Both the position numbers and the translations under genes were made by a program. The notes under the pieces are model-generated. The model had not been told where the DNA came from and searched no databases. It saw only the letters and a program-made list of their open reading frames with translations. From Escherichia phage vB_EcoP-22664BS1: 39,133 bases of DNA. The stretch is taken from the sequence record MZ234009.1; one strand, given 5' to 3'. Below are positions 9,910 to 18,084 of the stretch, piece after piece (position 1 is the first letter of the stretch; the number at the start of each line of letters is the position of its first letter).

Positions 9910-10164
9910 ATGGACACTATGAAACACTTAAGCACAATCACTAATCGCAATGAAGTATTCGTGAACACTAAAGGTTATGCGTGGATTCAGCTTAAAGAGA
10001 TGACAGGAGCGCGTCACCGTGTGGTAGTGCGCAAGGTATCAAGCAAGCAGTTCAGCAACTACAGCGTCGATACTGTGCGTATAGACAACGAGACATACCT
10101 GATAGACTCGCAGATAACCGTGAGTCCTACAGTGGGCGTCTCAGCTCCTTATTTCGCTAACTGA
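9910..10164 (+). CDS. Early protein, unknown function (84 aa)
   Basis: ORF track; RBS aaggatgg; first gene after host promoters. Confidence 0.5.
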   Translation: MDTMKHLSTITNRNEVFVNTKGYAWIQLKEMTGARHRVVVRKVSSKQFSNYSVDTVRIDNETYLIDSQITVSPTVGVSAPYFAN

Positions 10165-10173
10165 GAGTGATTA

Positions 10174-10219
10174 ACTACAGGTCGTTAGACTGATAGCGGC
10201 CTGACTGATAGTCACTAAC
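10174..10219 (+). promoter_or_regulatory. Early-region conserved element, copy 2
   Basis: actacaggtcgttagactgatagcggcctgactgatagtcactaac. Confidence 0.35.
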
Positions 10220-10247
10220 ACATAATTAACTTTGAGAGGATATAACT

Positions 10248-10754
10248 ATGGAACGTAATGCTAACGCATACTATGAGCTGCTGGCTGCAACCGTTGAGGC
10301 ATTTATCGAGCGTATTCAGTACGACCACCTGACTCAAGATGACGACTACAGCGATGCGCTGCATGAGGTCGTAGACGGTCAGGTTCCTCACTATTACCAC
10401 GAGATTTTTACGGTGATGGCTGCTGATGGTATAGACAACGAGTTCGAAGACTCTGGGATGATACCTGAAACCAAGGACGTAACGCGTATCCTACAAGCTC
10501 GCATCTATGAGGCACTTTATAACGACGTGTCTAATAGCTTGGATGTAGTCTGGTTTGAGGATGAAGAGGCAGACGAAGAGGATGAATATTGGGTAGTTGA
10601 CGCTAAAACAGGCGCAATAATTGTGCAAGCTGTAGCTCTTGAGGTCGCTACTGCATGTGCCAAGGTTAACTATGCGGCAGGTCGCCACCTGAAGGTGGAA
10701 GACATCAATGATAACGTAGTGTTCGACCCTGCGGCTGAGGACTGCGAGCGATGA
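10248..10754 (+). CDS. 0.3: Ocr-like DNA-mimic anti-restriction protein (gp0.3 homolog) with about 50-aa C-terminal extension
   Basis: [43 protein letters not shown] matches T7 Ocr core; acidic stretch [10 protein letters not shown]; 168 aa versus 117 aa in T7. Confidence 0.8.
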   Translation: MERNANAYYELLAATVEAFIERIQYDHLTQDDDYSDALHEVVDGQVPHYYHEIFTVMAADGIDNEFEDSGMIPETKDVTRILQARIYEALYNDVSNSLDVVWFEDEEADEEDEYWVVDAKTGAIIVQAVALEVATACAKVNYAAGRHLKVEDINDNVVFDPAAEDCER

Positions 10755-10900
10755 TAACTTACGGTTTATGCCAGCACCACGTCACCAACGCCCGGCTTAT
10801 GGTCAAGACCGGGCAGTTAGACCACGATTGGGCTATGCGTCTCTTGAAAGTGGTCTACAGGAGACGCAAGCGTATACACGACAGTTTACACGCTAAGTGA
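10751..10900 (+). CDS. Small basic protein (49 aa), ATGA overlap with Ocr stop
   Basis: Hand-translated [49 protein letters not shown]; no clear RBS, translational coupling possible. Confidence 0.3.
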   Translation: MITYGLCQHHVTNARLMVKTGQLDHDWAMRLLKVVYRRRKRIHDSLHAK

Positions 10901-10903
10901 CAG

Positions 10904-10947
10904 ACTACAGGTCATCAATGCTGGTGGCCTGACTGATAGTCATTAAC
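10904..10947 (+). promoter_or_regulatory. Early-region conserved element, copy 3
   Basis: actacaggtcatcaatgctggtggcctgactgatagtcattaac. Confidence 0.35.
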
Positions 10948-10963
10948 AACTGAGAGGGAAGAT

Positions 10964-11191
10964 ATGAACACAATCACTGGTGCCATAACCAAAGGTTTTC
11001 GAGCAATTTTCGGTGAAACGCAAGAAGTATGCACCAATCATAAATTCGTACTTTCTTGCGTAGCAGGTGACGAGTTTGACGGGTTCGATAAACTGGTGGT
11101 TTGCGACCATTGCGGACAAGAGGCTATCCAACACTCAAACGGTAAATTTGAATTAATAGACGATAGCCTTACAGAAGGAGACGGCGAGTAA
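10964..11191 (+). CDS. Early small protein with four Cys (C-x8-C...C-x2-C), putative zinc ribbon
   Basis: ORF track; RBS gagggaag; cysteine pattern in translation. Confidence 0.5.
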   Translation: MNTITGAITKGFRAIFGETQEVCTNHKFVLSCVAGDEFDGFDKLVVCDHCGQEAIQHSNGKFELIDDSLTEGDGE

Positions 11192-11323
11192 CCTAAATAA
11201 ACAGGAGAGAACCAAATCATAGCTTGACCATAACACTGACGTGATGGTACTGAGTGATAGACGAGAGGTCATCGACTGATAGGTGGCCTCAAAGATTACC
11301 ACTTACATTGATAGGAGTTAACT

Positions 11324-11428
11324 ATGAGCACTGCAATCATCTGGACTATCTCAGGCTTCGTAGCGTGGGGAATGTTTACTCTAGTCTGCAAACTACCGGT
11401 CCTTACTCAACTGTTATGGGGCTTATGA
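11324..11428 (+). CDS. Small hydrophobic peptide (34 aa)
   Basis: Strong RBS aggag 6 nt before ATG; hand-translated MSTAIIWTISGFVAWGMFTLVCKLPVLTQLLWGL; stop overlaps next start (ATGA). Confidence 0.35.
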   Translation: MSTAIIWTISGFVAWGMFTLVCKLPVLTQLLWGL

Positions 11429-11628
11429 CTTTGAGTATCGCACTATTGATAGCCATAGGCTATGGACTTATCGCCTACGTGCTGGTGAGAGACATCAACA
11501 AAGCGCGTAAAGTCTACAAATTCAACTATGTACGTCTGGGTAGCTGGACTGTACGTCAACCTAACGGACGATTCATGCGTAACTTAGCGAACGTCTGGGC
11601 TATAGCAACACTTGGGAGCAAACTGTAA
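11425..11628 (+). CDS. Early small membrane protein (67 aa)
   Basis: In frame with track ORF 11254..11628; predicted TM helix (LSIALLIAIGYGLIAYVLV); ATGA coupling to the upstream peptide. Confidence 0.45.
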   Translation: MTLSIALLIAIGYGLIAYVLVRDINKARKVYKFNYVRLGSWTVRQPNGRFMRNLANVWAIATLGSKL

Positions 11629-11954
11629 TGAACAAGTCATACGGGATTAATCTGGTACACTCTATGGACGCAGACATGCAAATGTTAAGCCTACTGGCTA
11701 CCGGGTATCGTCACGGAACGTCAAGTCACTCCGCACGTCAACAGCAGGAGCGGGACCGGGTACTGCAAGCAAGACTCCGGGCTGAGGGCCATAAGTCCGA
11801 ACTAATGTGTCTGGCGTATGGTGGACGACCAATCACTGACGATGGTAAACTTTTAGTCTCAGGCTGGAAGGCGATAGACCAACGGTCAACCATCAAGCAC
11901 ACTACTCATGGTGACTTCAGTCATCTCCACGCTAACCCGCTGATATGCAAGTAA
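11628..11954 (+). CDS. Early protein, unknown function (108 aa), immediately upstream of RNAP where T7 carries gene 0.7
   Basis: ORF track; TAATG overlap with upstream gene. Confidence 0.5.
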   Translation: MNKSYGINLVHSMDADMQMLSLLATGYRHGTSSHSARQQQERDRVLQARLRAEGHKSELMCLAYGGRPITDDGKLLVSGWKAIDQRSTIKHTTHGDFSHLHANPLICK

Positions 11955-11959
11955 TTCTG

Positions 11960-11982
11960 ACTTAACTATCACTATAGGACTC
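11960..11982 (+). promoter_or_regulatory. Phage RNAP promoter upstream of the RNAP gene (A at +3)
   Basis: acttaactatcactataggact matches promoter family; lies about 75 nt upstream of gene 1 start. Confidence 0.6.
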
Positions 11983-12051
11983 AAGGTCTAAGACTCCAAG
12001 TGAAAGACCAAAGAGACTTTAAGTGAAAGACTAATAACAAGGACTTTAAGT

Positions 12052-14733
12052 ATGAGCGTCATCTCTATTGACAAGCACGACTTCTCTGATGTGTCGAACG
12101 CCATTGAGCCGTTTAACCTACTGGCTGACCACTACGGGCAAGACCTTGCAGTCAAACAGCTTCAGCTTGAGCACGAGGCATACACTGAAGGCGAGCGACG
12201 TTTCATCAAGAACCTTGAGCGCCAGACCGAGCGCGGGGAACTGGCAGACAATCAGGTAGCCAAGCCTCTTATGCAGACTCTTGTTCCTAAGATTGTGCAA
12301 GCCGTCAAGGAGTGGCACGAAGGTCCAGACGGGAAGCTGTCAACCTCTCGTCCGAGCGTAGCGTTCACCATGTTGAGCACTGAAGAGAAGGCCGTAAAGG
12401 ACCGCTCTTTGCGCATCTCCTGCGAATCTGCTGCGGTTATCATACTGAAGGTCATACTCTCCAAGCTGATCAAGCCTGAAGGGATACCGATTACACCGAT
12501 GGCATCCGCGATAGGGCGCACACTTGAGGACGAAATCCGCTTCGGTCGCATCCGTGACAAGGAGAAAGAGCACTTCAAGAAGGCGATAGCTGATAACCTG
12601 AATAAGCGGGCCGGGGCGTCCTACAAGAAAGCCTACATGCAAGCGGTCGAGGCATCCATGCTGGAGCAAGGCCAACTGGAAGATGCGTGGGGGACTTGGA
12701 GTCCTACAGAGGCTGTCCACGTTGGCGTCAAGATGCTTGAGATTGTCATCCAGTCAACACAACTGGTAGAGCTTAAGCGGTACGGTGCTGGCAATGCAGC
12801 GGCTGACGTTGAGATGGTCCACCTGTCAGACTTCTGGGTCAAGAAGATGGCACAACGAGGATTCAGCCTTGCGGGTATCGCTCCAGTCTACCAGCCTTGC
12901 GTCGTTCCACCTAAGCCGTGGACCGGTGTCGTAGGAGGTGGGTACTGGGCCAAAGGACGCAGACCACTGCCACTGATTCGCTTAGGGTCTAAGTCTGCGG
13001 TGGCACGTTACGAAGACGTGTACATGCCTGAAGTCTATGACGCTGTGAATATCATCCAGAATACACCTTGGAAAGTGAACAAGAAGGTTCTGGACGTGGT
13101 GAACATGGTCGAGAAGCTGAACAACACGCCTATTGATGACATCCCTCAGATGGAACCGCTGAAGCCTGAGGACTATGCGGGTGAGACTGAAGAAGAACTC
13201 AAGGCATGGAAGAAGGCTGCTGCTGGTATCTATCGCCGCGAGAAGGCCAGACAGTCACGAAGATTGTCACTGAGCTTTATCGTCAACCAAGCGAACAAGT
13301 TCTCTCAGTTCAAGGCCATCTGGTTCCCGTATAACATGGACTGGCGTGGGCGCGTCTACGCTGTTCCGATGTTCAACCCTCAGGGTAACGACATGCAGAA
13401 GGGTCTTCTGACTCTGGCAGTCGGTAAGCCTATTGGTGCTGATGGTTTCAAATGGCTGAAGGTCCACGGTGCAAACTGCGCGGGTGTCGATAAAGTCACC
13501 TTCGAGGAGCGTATCAAGTGGGTGGAAGATAACCACGACAACATCATGGCTGCTGCTAAGGCGCCGATGGATAGTATTGAGTGGTGGGGCAAGTTAGACT
13601 CTCCGTTCTGCTTCCTAGCGTTCTGCTTCGAGTATGCTGGCGTAATGCACCACGGCTTGTCTTACTCCTGCTCGCTGCCGATAGCGTTCGATGGGTCCTG
13701 CTCTGGGATTCAGCACTTCAGCGCTATGCTTCGCGACCACATCGGTGGACATGCAGTAAACCTGACGCCATCCGGTAAGGTCCAAGACATCTACCGAATC
13801 GTGTCTGACCGCATTGAGGAGGAGCTTAAAGTCCTACTGGTTAACGGTACGGACAACGAGATGGTAACTCACGAGGACAAGAAAACTGGTGAGATTACCG
13901 AGCGTCTCAAGCTGGGGACACGAGAGCTTGCCAGTCAGTGGCTTACCTACGGTATGTCACGAAAGGTCACTAAGCGTTCGGTCATGACTCTGGCCTACGG
14001 GTCGAAAGAGTACGGCTTCGCAGACCAAGTTTACGAGGACATCGTGATGCCAGCGATTGACTCAGGGTCTGGCGCTATGTTCACTGAACCAAGCCAAGCA
14101 TCTCGCTTCATGGCTAAGATGATTTGGGAAGCTGTGAGTGTGACCGTAGTTGCTGCGGTTGACGCGATGAAATGGCTTCAGGGTGCTGCCAAGCTGCTTG
14201 CTGCTGAAGTGAAGGACAAGAAGACTGGAGAAATCCTGAAGCCTTGTCTTCCGGTACACTGGGTCACACCTGATGGTTTCCCTGTCTGGCAGGAATACCG
14301 CAAGAAGGACACCACTCGTCTGAACCTGATGTTCTTAGGGTCATTCAACCTTCAGCCTACCGTCAACAAAGGCACGAAGAAAGAGCTGGACAAGCACAAG
14401 CAGGAGTCAGGCATTAGCCCGAACTTCGTCCACTCACAAGATGGTAGCCACCTCCGCAAGACTGTAGTCCACACGCATCGCAAGTACGGCGTGATGTCAT
14501 TCGCAGTGATTCACGATAGCTTCGGGACCATCCCGGCTGACGCTGAGTATCTGTTCCGTGGAGTCCGTGAGACGATGGTCGAGACCTACCGCGACAACGA
14601 TGTGCTGCTTGACTTCTACGAGCAGTTTGAATACCAGCTTCACGAGAGCCAGAGAGACAAGTTGCCTGAGCTTCCGAAGAAAGGTAAACTGAATATCGAA
14701 GACATCTTGTCTTCAGACTTTGCATTCGCTTAA
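12052..14733 (+). CDS. 1: Single-subunit DNA-directed RNA polymerase (gp1)
   Basis: Extensive colinear identity to T7 RNAP (FNLLADHYG, PCVVPPKPWTG, WFPYNMDWRGRVYAV, DGSCSGIQHFSAML, HDSFGT, C-terminal DFAFA). Confidence 0.97.
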   Translation: MSVISIDKHDFSDVSNAIEPFNLLADHYGQDLAVKQLQLEHEAYTEGERRFIKNLERQTERGELADNQVAKPLMQTLVPKIVQAVKEWHEGPDGKLSTSRPSVAFTMLSTEEKAVKDRSLRISCESAAVIILKVILSKLIKPEGIPITPMASAIGRTLEDEIRFGRIRDKEKEHFKKAIADNLNKRAGASYKKAYMQAVEASMLEQGQLEDAWGTWSPTEAVHVGVKMLEIVIQSTQLVELKRYGAGNAAADVEMVHLSDFWVKKMAQRGFSLAGIAPVYQPCVVPPKPWTGVVGGGYWAKGRRPLPLIRLGSKSAVARYEDVYMPEVYDAVNIIQNTPWKVNKKVLDVVNMVEKLNNTPIDDIPQMEPLKPEDYAGETEEELKAWKKAAAGIYRREKARQSRRLSLSFIVNQANKFSQFKAIWFPYNMDWRGRVYAVPMFNPQGNDMQKGLLTLAVGKPIGADGFKWLKVHGANCAGVDKVTFEERIKWVEDNHDNIMAAAKAPMDSIEWWGKLDSPFCFLAFCFEYAGVMHHGLSYSCSLPIAFDGSCSGIQHFSAMLRDHIGGHAVNLTPSGKVQDIYRIVSDRIEEELKVLLVNGTDNEMVTHEDKKTGEITERLKLGTRELASQWLTYGMSRKVTKRSVMTLAYGSKEYGFADQVYEDIVMPAIDSGSGAMFTEPSQASRFMAKMIWEAVSVTVVAAVDAMKWLQGAAKLLAAEVKDKKTGEILKPCLPVHWVTPDGFPVWQEYRKKDTTRLNLMFLGSFNLQPTVNKGTKKELDKHKQESGISPNFVHSQDGSHLRKTVVHTHRKYGVMSFAVIHDSFGTIPADAEYLFRGVRETMVETYRDNDVLLDFYEQFEYQLHESQRDKLPELPKKGKLNIEDILSSDFAFA

Positions 14734-14748
14734 CAACAGGAGAAGTAT

Positions 14749-14979
14749 ATGTCAATGAAACTTGTAGCACACAACAGGGTATTCAACGATGGGTCGGGAC
14801 GTTGCCATGTAGAGCTGACTTATAAGGATTTAATCATTCTCCGAGACAGATTACAGTCGGGTGTGACTGGGTGGATTCAACCTAACGAGTACAACCTTAT
14901 AGCTTCGATTGATGAAGTTCTTAACGCGTGGATGGAAGACGAGCGCATTCAGTATCCGTCATTCCCTCTAATTAGATAA
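14749..14979 (+). CDS. Hypothetical protein (76 aa)
   Basis: ORF track; RBS aggaga. Confidence 0.5.
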   Translation: MSMKLVAHNRVFNDGSGRCHVELTYKDLIILRDRLQSGVTGWIQPNEYNLIASIDEVLNAWMEDERIQYPSFPLIR

Positions 14980-14989
14980 GGAGAGAGTT

Positions 14990-15205
14990 ATGAAATTTGC
15001 ACACAAGCATACTGGCGTTAATGGTGGGACTCAAATCGTGACCGTAACAGAACACAACGGCAAGGGTCTGGTGAAGACCACGGTCATCCCTACCGAGATG
15101 TCCAAGCAGCTTAACATCCCGTTCAAGACTCTTGTATATCTGGTCGAGTCCAGCCACGAGAAGTACCTGAAGGACGCAGTGTCCAAGCTGGAGCAGGCCA
15201 AATGA
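14990..15205 (+). CDS. Hypothetical protein (71 aa)
   Basis: ORF track; RBS aaggagag. Confidence 0.5.
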   Translation: MKFAHKHTGVNGGTQIVTVTEHNGKGLVKTTVIPTEMSKQLNIPFKTLVYLVESSHEKYLKDAVSKLEQAK

Positions 15206-15280
15206 CAGACATACAGTTACTGGCCCTGTGGCTGGGAGCACTCGCAGTATTCACTTTAATCCAACGCAGAAGAGGTTAAC

Positions 15281-15303
15281 CCTAAACTATCACTATAGGC
15301 TTA
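15281..15303 (+). promoter_or_regulatory. Phage RNAP promoter (phi1.1-like)
   Basis: cctaaactatcactataggc. Confidence 0.65.
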
Positions 15304-15345
15304 GACTCAAGGTCATGACTCAAAGTCGTGGCCTTCATGATTAAC
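15301..15345 (+). promoter_or_regulatory. Conserved hairpin element (RNase III-like, R1.1 position)
   Basis: ttagactcaaggtcatgactcaaagtcgtggccttcatgatta. Confidence 0.45.
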
Positions 15346-15376
15346 CCTAAATAAACACTACTGGAGATTTAACCGT

Positions 15377-15556
15377 ATGTATCAGAACACTATCAACTTC
15401 GAGCGCATCCGTGAACGTCAGCAGACTGAAGGTTACATCCCTAAGGGCCGCAAGCTGAACAAGACTAAACGTGGCGGTGGTATCAAAGGCGCTTTCAGAA
15501 ACGCTGAAGGTAAAGACTCTCTGGTCAACCAAGAGAAATACTTCGTAGGAGCATAA
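15377..15556 (+). CDS. 1.1: gp1.1-like small basic protein (59 aa)
   Basis: Hand-translated; KGRKLNKTKR motif as in T7 gp1.1; RBS ggag. Confidence 0.6.
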   Translation: MYQNTINFERIRERQQTEGYIPKGRKLNKTKRGGGIKGAFRNAEGKDSLVNQEKYFVGA

Positions 15557-15560
15557 CTCT

Positions 15561-15824
15561 ATGGGCCGACTTTATAGTGGCAACCTCAACGCTTTCAGAG
15601 CAGCGTGTAACAGGCTTTATCAGTTAGACTTCTGCGTGATACAGCAGGACTGGTACGACGCGCATCTTCGGAAAGAGTGCATGAGACTTCAAGTCGAGGA
15701 CCGAGCTGGTAACATCTTCGCGCTTGAGACCTTCGCACACTACGATGAAGACGTGCTGTATAATACCGCAACCGACTACCTCAACGGTCTCGCTGACCAT
15801 CTCGACACATGGAGCAAAGAATAA
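15561..15824 (+). CDS. 1.2: gp1.2-like protein (host dGTPase inhibitor homolog)
   Basis: MGRLYSGNL.AF.AA.N.L.QLD start and HYDEDVL match recalled T7 gp1.2. Confidence 0.8.
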   Translation: MGRLYSGNLNAFRAACNRLYQLDFCVIQQDWYDAHLRKECMRLQVEDRAGNIFALETFAHYDEDVLYNTATDYLNGLADHLDTWSKE

Positions 15825-16912
15825 TGACAACTATCAAAACTAACCCTCACCGCGCTGTAGATTACTCTGAGTCTGGAATTAAGAAGGCACTGGAATCAGC
15901 CGGGTCTCTGGAAGCTGAAGTGAAGTACGATGGTGTGCGCCTGAACCTCCTGGTCCTGCGTGAAGGTGAGACCTACTGGCTTAGCCGCGAGTCGAAACCT
16001 CTACCAGCCTTGGAGTGGATGAACTCTGAGTTAGGTAATGCGTGGACCCAAGCTGACTGGCGATGGTTCCTGCGTCAATCCGGCTACGAAGGTGTGGGCA
16101 TGATGATTGATGGCGAGGTCATGGTCAAAGGTGTAGACTTCAACACCTCCTCAGGTCTCATCCGAACGAAGTGGCTCAAGCCTAACAACGAGGAGTTCGC
16201 TGAATACTATTCGCCGGCGACTGGTGGAAAGAAGCTCCCGTTCTGGGGATCCCGGTCACGACTTCAGGTTGTGGTATATGGCGTTGTCGATATGACAACC
16301 ATAGCAGACCCGAAAGCAGAAGGTCCTATCCATAGCGTAACCCGCCTGAAGGCTGAAGCTATCGTCCCTCTCCTCCAGAAATACTTCCCGGAAATCGACT
16401 GGGTTCTGTCTGAGTCACACACGGTCTATGACCTTGAGTCGCTCAACTCCCTGTACGAACAGAAGCGTCTGGAAGGACATGAGGGTCTGGTAGTCAAGGA
16501 CCCACTGGGTAAGTACAAGCGTGGCAAGAAGTCTGGCATGTGGAAAATGAAGCCTGAGGAGACCATCGACGGGACCGTGTGTGGCCTCGTGTGGGGGACT
16601 CCTGGTAAGGCTAACGAAGGTAAGGTCATCGGCTTTGAGGTTCTACTGGAGGATGGCATGGTGGTCAACGCCTGTGGTCTGACTGAAGAACAGAAGGACG
16701 AGTTTACGGCTAAGGTAAAGGAGGACACGCTTGCTGCGGTTGGCATCTTTGCGCCGTACGGCATTGGTGGTAACGAACCTTGCTTCGATAACCCATACGA
16801 AGGCTGGCAGTGTGAAGTCCTCTTCATGGAGAGGTTCCCTGATGGCTCCCTTCGTCACCCCAGCTTCAAGTGCTGGCGTGGAACCGAAGACAACCCAACG
16901 GTGAAGTCATGA
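15809..16912 (+). CDS. 1.3: ATP-dependent DNA ligase (gp1.3)
   Basis: KYDGVR adenylation motif; EGHEGLVVKDP...YKRGKKSG.WKMKPE; LRHPSF; colinear with T7 ligase. Confidence 0.95.
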   Translation: MEQRIMTTIKTNPHRAVDYSESGIKKALESAGSLEAEVKYDGVRLNLLVLREGETYWLSRESKPLPALEWMNSELGNAWTQADWRWFLRQSGYEGVGMMIDGEVMVKGVDFNTSSGLIRTKWLKPNNEEFAEYYSPATGGKKLPFWGSRSRLQVVVYGVVDMTTIADPKAEGPIHSVTRLKAEAIVPLLQKYFPEIDWVLSESHTVYDLESLNSLYEQKRLEGHEGLVVKDPLGKYKRGKKSGMWKMKPEETIDGTVCGLVWGTPGKANEGKVIGFEVLLEDGMVVNACGLTEEQKDEFTAKVKEDTLAAVGIFAPYGIGGNEPCFDNPYEGWQCEVLFMERFPDGSLRHPSFKCWRGTEDNPTVKS

Positions 16913-17088
16913 GTACACAACTTTATATCAACATAGCAAGTGGTCAACTCTACGCTGTGGTAAATGGCGAGCTGTGGTATCGTAAACTCAAGAAGTGGGC
17001 CAAGTCCTACTACGATGCAGAGACAATATCAACCATGAGTCATCGCTACCGTAAGGCTGCTAAGGTGAACAACTTTAAGATGCGTTAA
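16909..17088 (+). CDS. Hypothetical small protein (59 aa)
   Basis: ATGA overlap with ligase stop; in frame with track ORF 16870..17088. Confidence 0.45.
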   Translation: MSTQLYINIASGQLYAVVNGELWYRKLKKWAKSYYDAETISTMSHRYRKAAKVNNFKMR

Positions 17089-17092
17089 CGTC

Positions 17093-17128
17093 AACCCAGT
17101 GGTCTTAGGACTGCTGGGTTTCTTTGCG
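17093..17128 (+). terminator. Putative intrinsic terminator (early terminator TE position)
   Basis: 7-bp stem aacccag/ctgggtt, 14-nt loop, followed by tctttg. Confidence 0.5.
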
Positions 17129-17147
17129 TACTGGCCACCAGCTAGAC

Positions 17148-17170
17148 CCTAAGCTATCACTATAGGACAA
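17148..17170 (+). promoter_or_regulatory. Phage RNAP promoter (G at -13)
   Basis: cctaagctatcactataggac. Confidence 0.6.
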
Positions 17171-17196
17171 CCCTAACCGACCAAAGGAGAAACCTT

Positions 17197-17451
17197 ATGT
17201 CTAAAAACTTAATGTTCAACCGATTTACTCGAAGCTTCCACCTGTCGCATAGCCCATTCAGCTTCCATAAAGCTAATCAACCATTACCCCGCTTTGGTAA
17301 GACAGTGGCTCTGTCTCCCACAGTTCATGCGCTAGTCACCCGCAAGTCTATGCTGAAGGCTATGGATAAAGAACAAGTCGATGTACCTGTGGTCGTTACA
17401 AAATGGCCTAGCATTAAGCTGGCCCTTCTGGTAATTAAGGAGGTGTTTTGA
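17197..17451 (+). CDS. gp1.6-like protein
   Basis: ORF track; C-terminus LLVIKEVF resembles recalled T7 gp1.6 C-terminus; RBS aaaggaga. Confidence 0.5.
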   Translation: MSKNLMFNRFTRSFHLSHSPFSFHKANQPLPRFGKTVALSPTVHALVTRKSMLKAMDKEQVDVPVVVTKWPSIKLALLVIKEVF

Positions 17452-17789
17452 TGGCATATTGTGATAGCACCACATACTGTGAAGCATGTAATGGTGATGA
17501 CCGCTTCCCACACGTTGGTAAACTTGTAGGTAACAAGCTGCAAGAAATTGATGGTGTACGCAAGCCATCTCACTATCAGGTCTTTGACGGCGTGGAGTCC
17601 ATTGAGATTATCGCTCGGTCCATGACTGTCAGTGAGTTCCGTGGCTTCTGCATGGGTAACGTCCTTAAGTATCGACTCCGGGCTGGTAAGAAGTCAGAGC
17701 TGGCGACTATGGAGAAGGACCTGAACAAAGCAGCCTTCTATCAGGAGCTGTTCGACCTACATAAAGGTAAGTGCTATGCTTCCGAGTGA
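17448..17789 (+). CDS. gp1.7-like protein (possible truncated nucleotide kinase homolog)
   Basis: Synteny; LKYRLRAGKK resembles T7 gp1.7 C-terminal region; shorter than the T7 protein. Confidence 0.45.
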   Translation: MMAYCDSTTYCEACNGDDRFPHVGKLVGNKLQEIDGVRKPSHYQVFDGVESIEIIARSMTVSEFRGFCMGNVLKYRLRAGKKSELATMEKDLNKAAFYQELFDLHKGKCYASE

Positions 17790-17871
17790 GTGGTGCGAGC
17801 GTAAATTTGAGGAGACAGGTAACGTCGATTACCTTCAGCTCTACAACTTATGGAAGGAGCGTGGTCTATGA
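17776..17871 (+). CDS. Small ORF (31 aa), gene 1.8 position
   Basis: Hand-translated [31 protein letters not shown]; stop overlaps gene 2 start. Confidence 0.3.
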   Translation: MLPSEWCERKFEETGNVDYLQLYNLWKERGL

Positions 17872-18026
17872 CTGACGTAGAGAAGAAATACATCGTGGAA
17901 CTTGAGGGACGTACCCAGTACTTCGAGGTTCCGGTGTACGCAAAGTCTCTTGAAGAGGCTACACTGAAGTCCCAAGAGTATGAGGACGCTGGGTTTGTGG
18001 TCGGACGGATTCGCCCTGAGACCTAA
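17868..18026 (+). CDS. 2: Gp2-like inhibitor of host RNA polymerase (52 aa)
   Basis: [13 protein letters not shown]....[14 protein letters not shown] matches T7 Gp2 core (FEVPIYAETLDEA...AGFEVTRVRP). Confidence 0.7.
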   Translation: MTDVEKKYIVELEGRTQYFEVPVYAKSLEEATLKSQEYEDAGFVVGRIRPET

Positions 18027-18044
18027 ACTATCACTGTAGGACAG
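18022..18044 (+). promoter_or_regulatory. Phage promoter-like sequence with G at -3 (cactGtagg), phi2.5 position
   Basis: taaactatcactgtaggac; one mismatch in the core. Confidence 0.4.
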
Positions 18045-18084
18045 ACGTCCAGTTAGTAACTTTTAAATTAGGAGATTTACACCG

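Noticed and set aside
15202-15280. 25-aa hydrophobic ORF (MTDIQLLALWLGALAVFTLIQRRRG) after 14990..15205
   Set aside because: Too short to support without expression data; no RBS checked.
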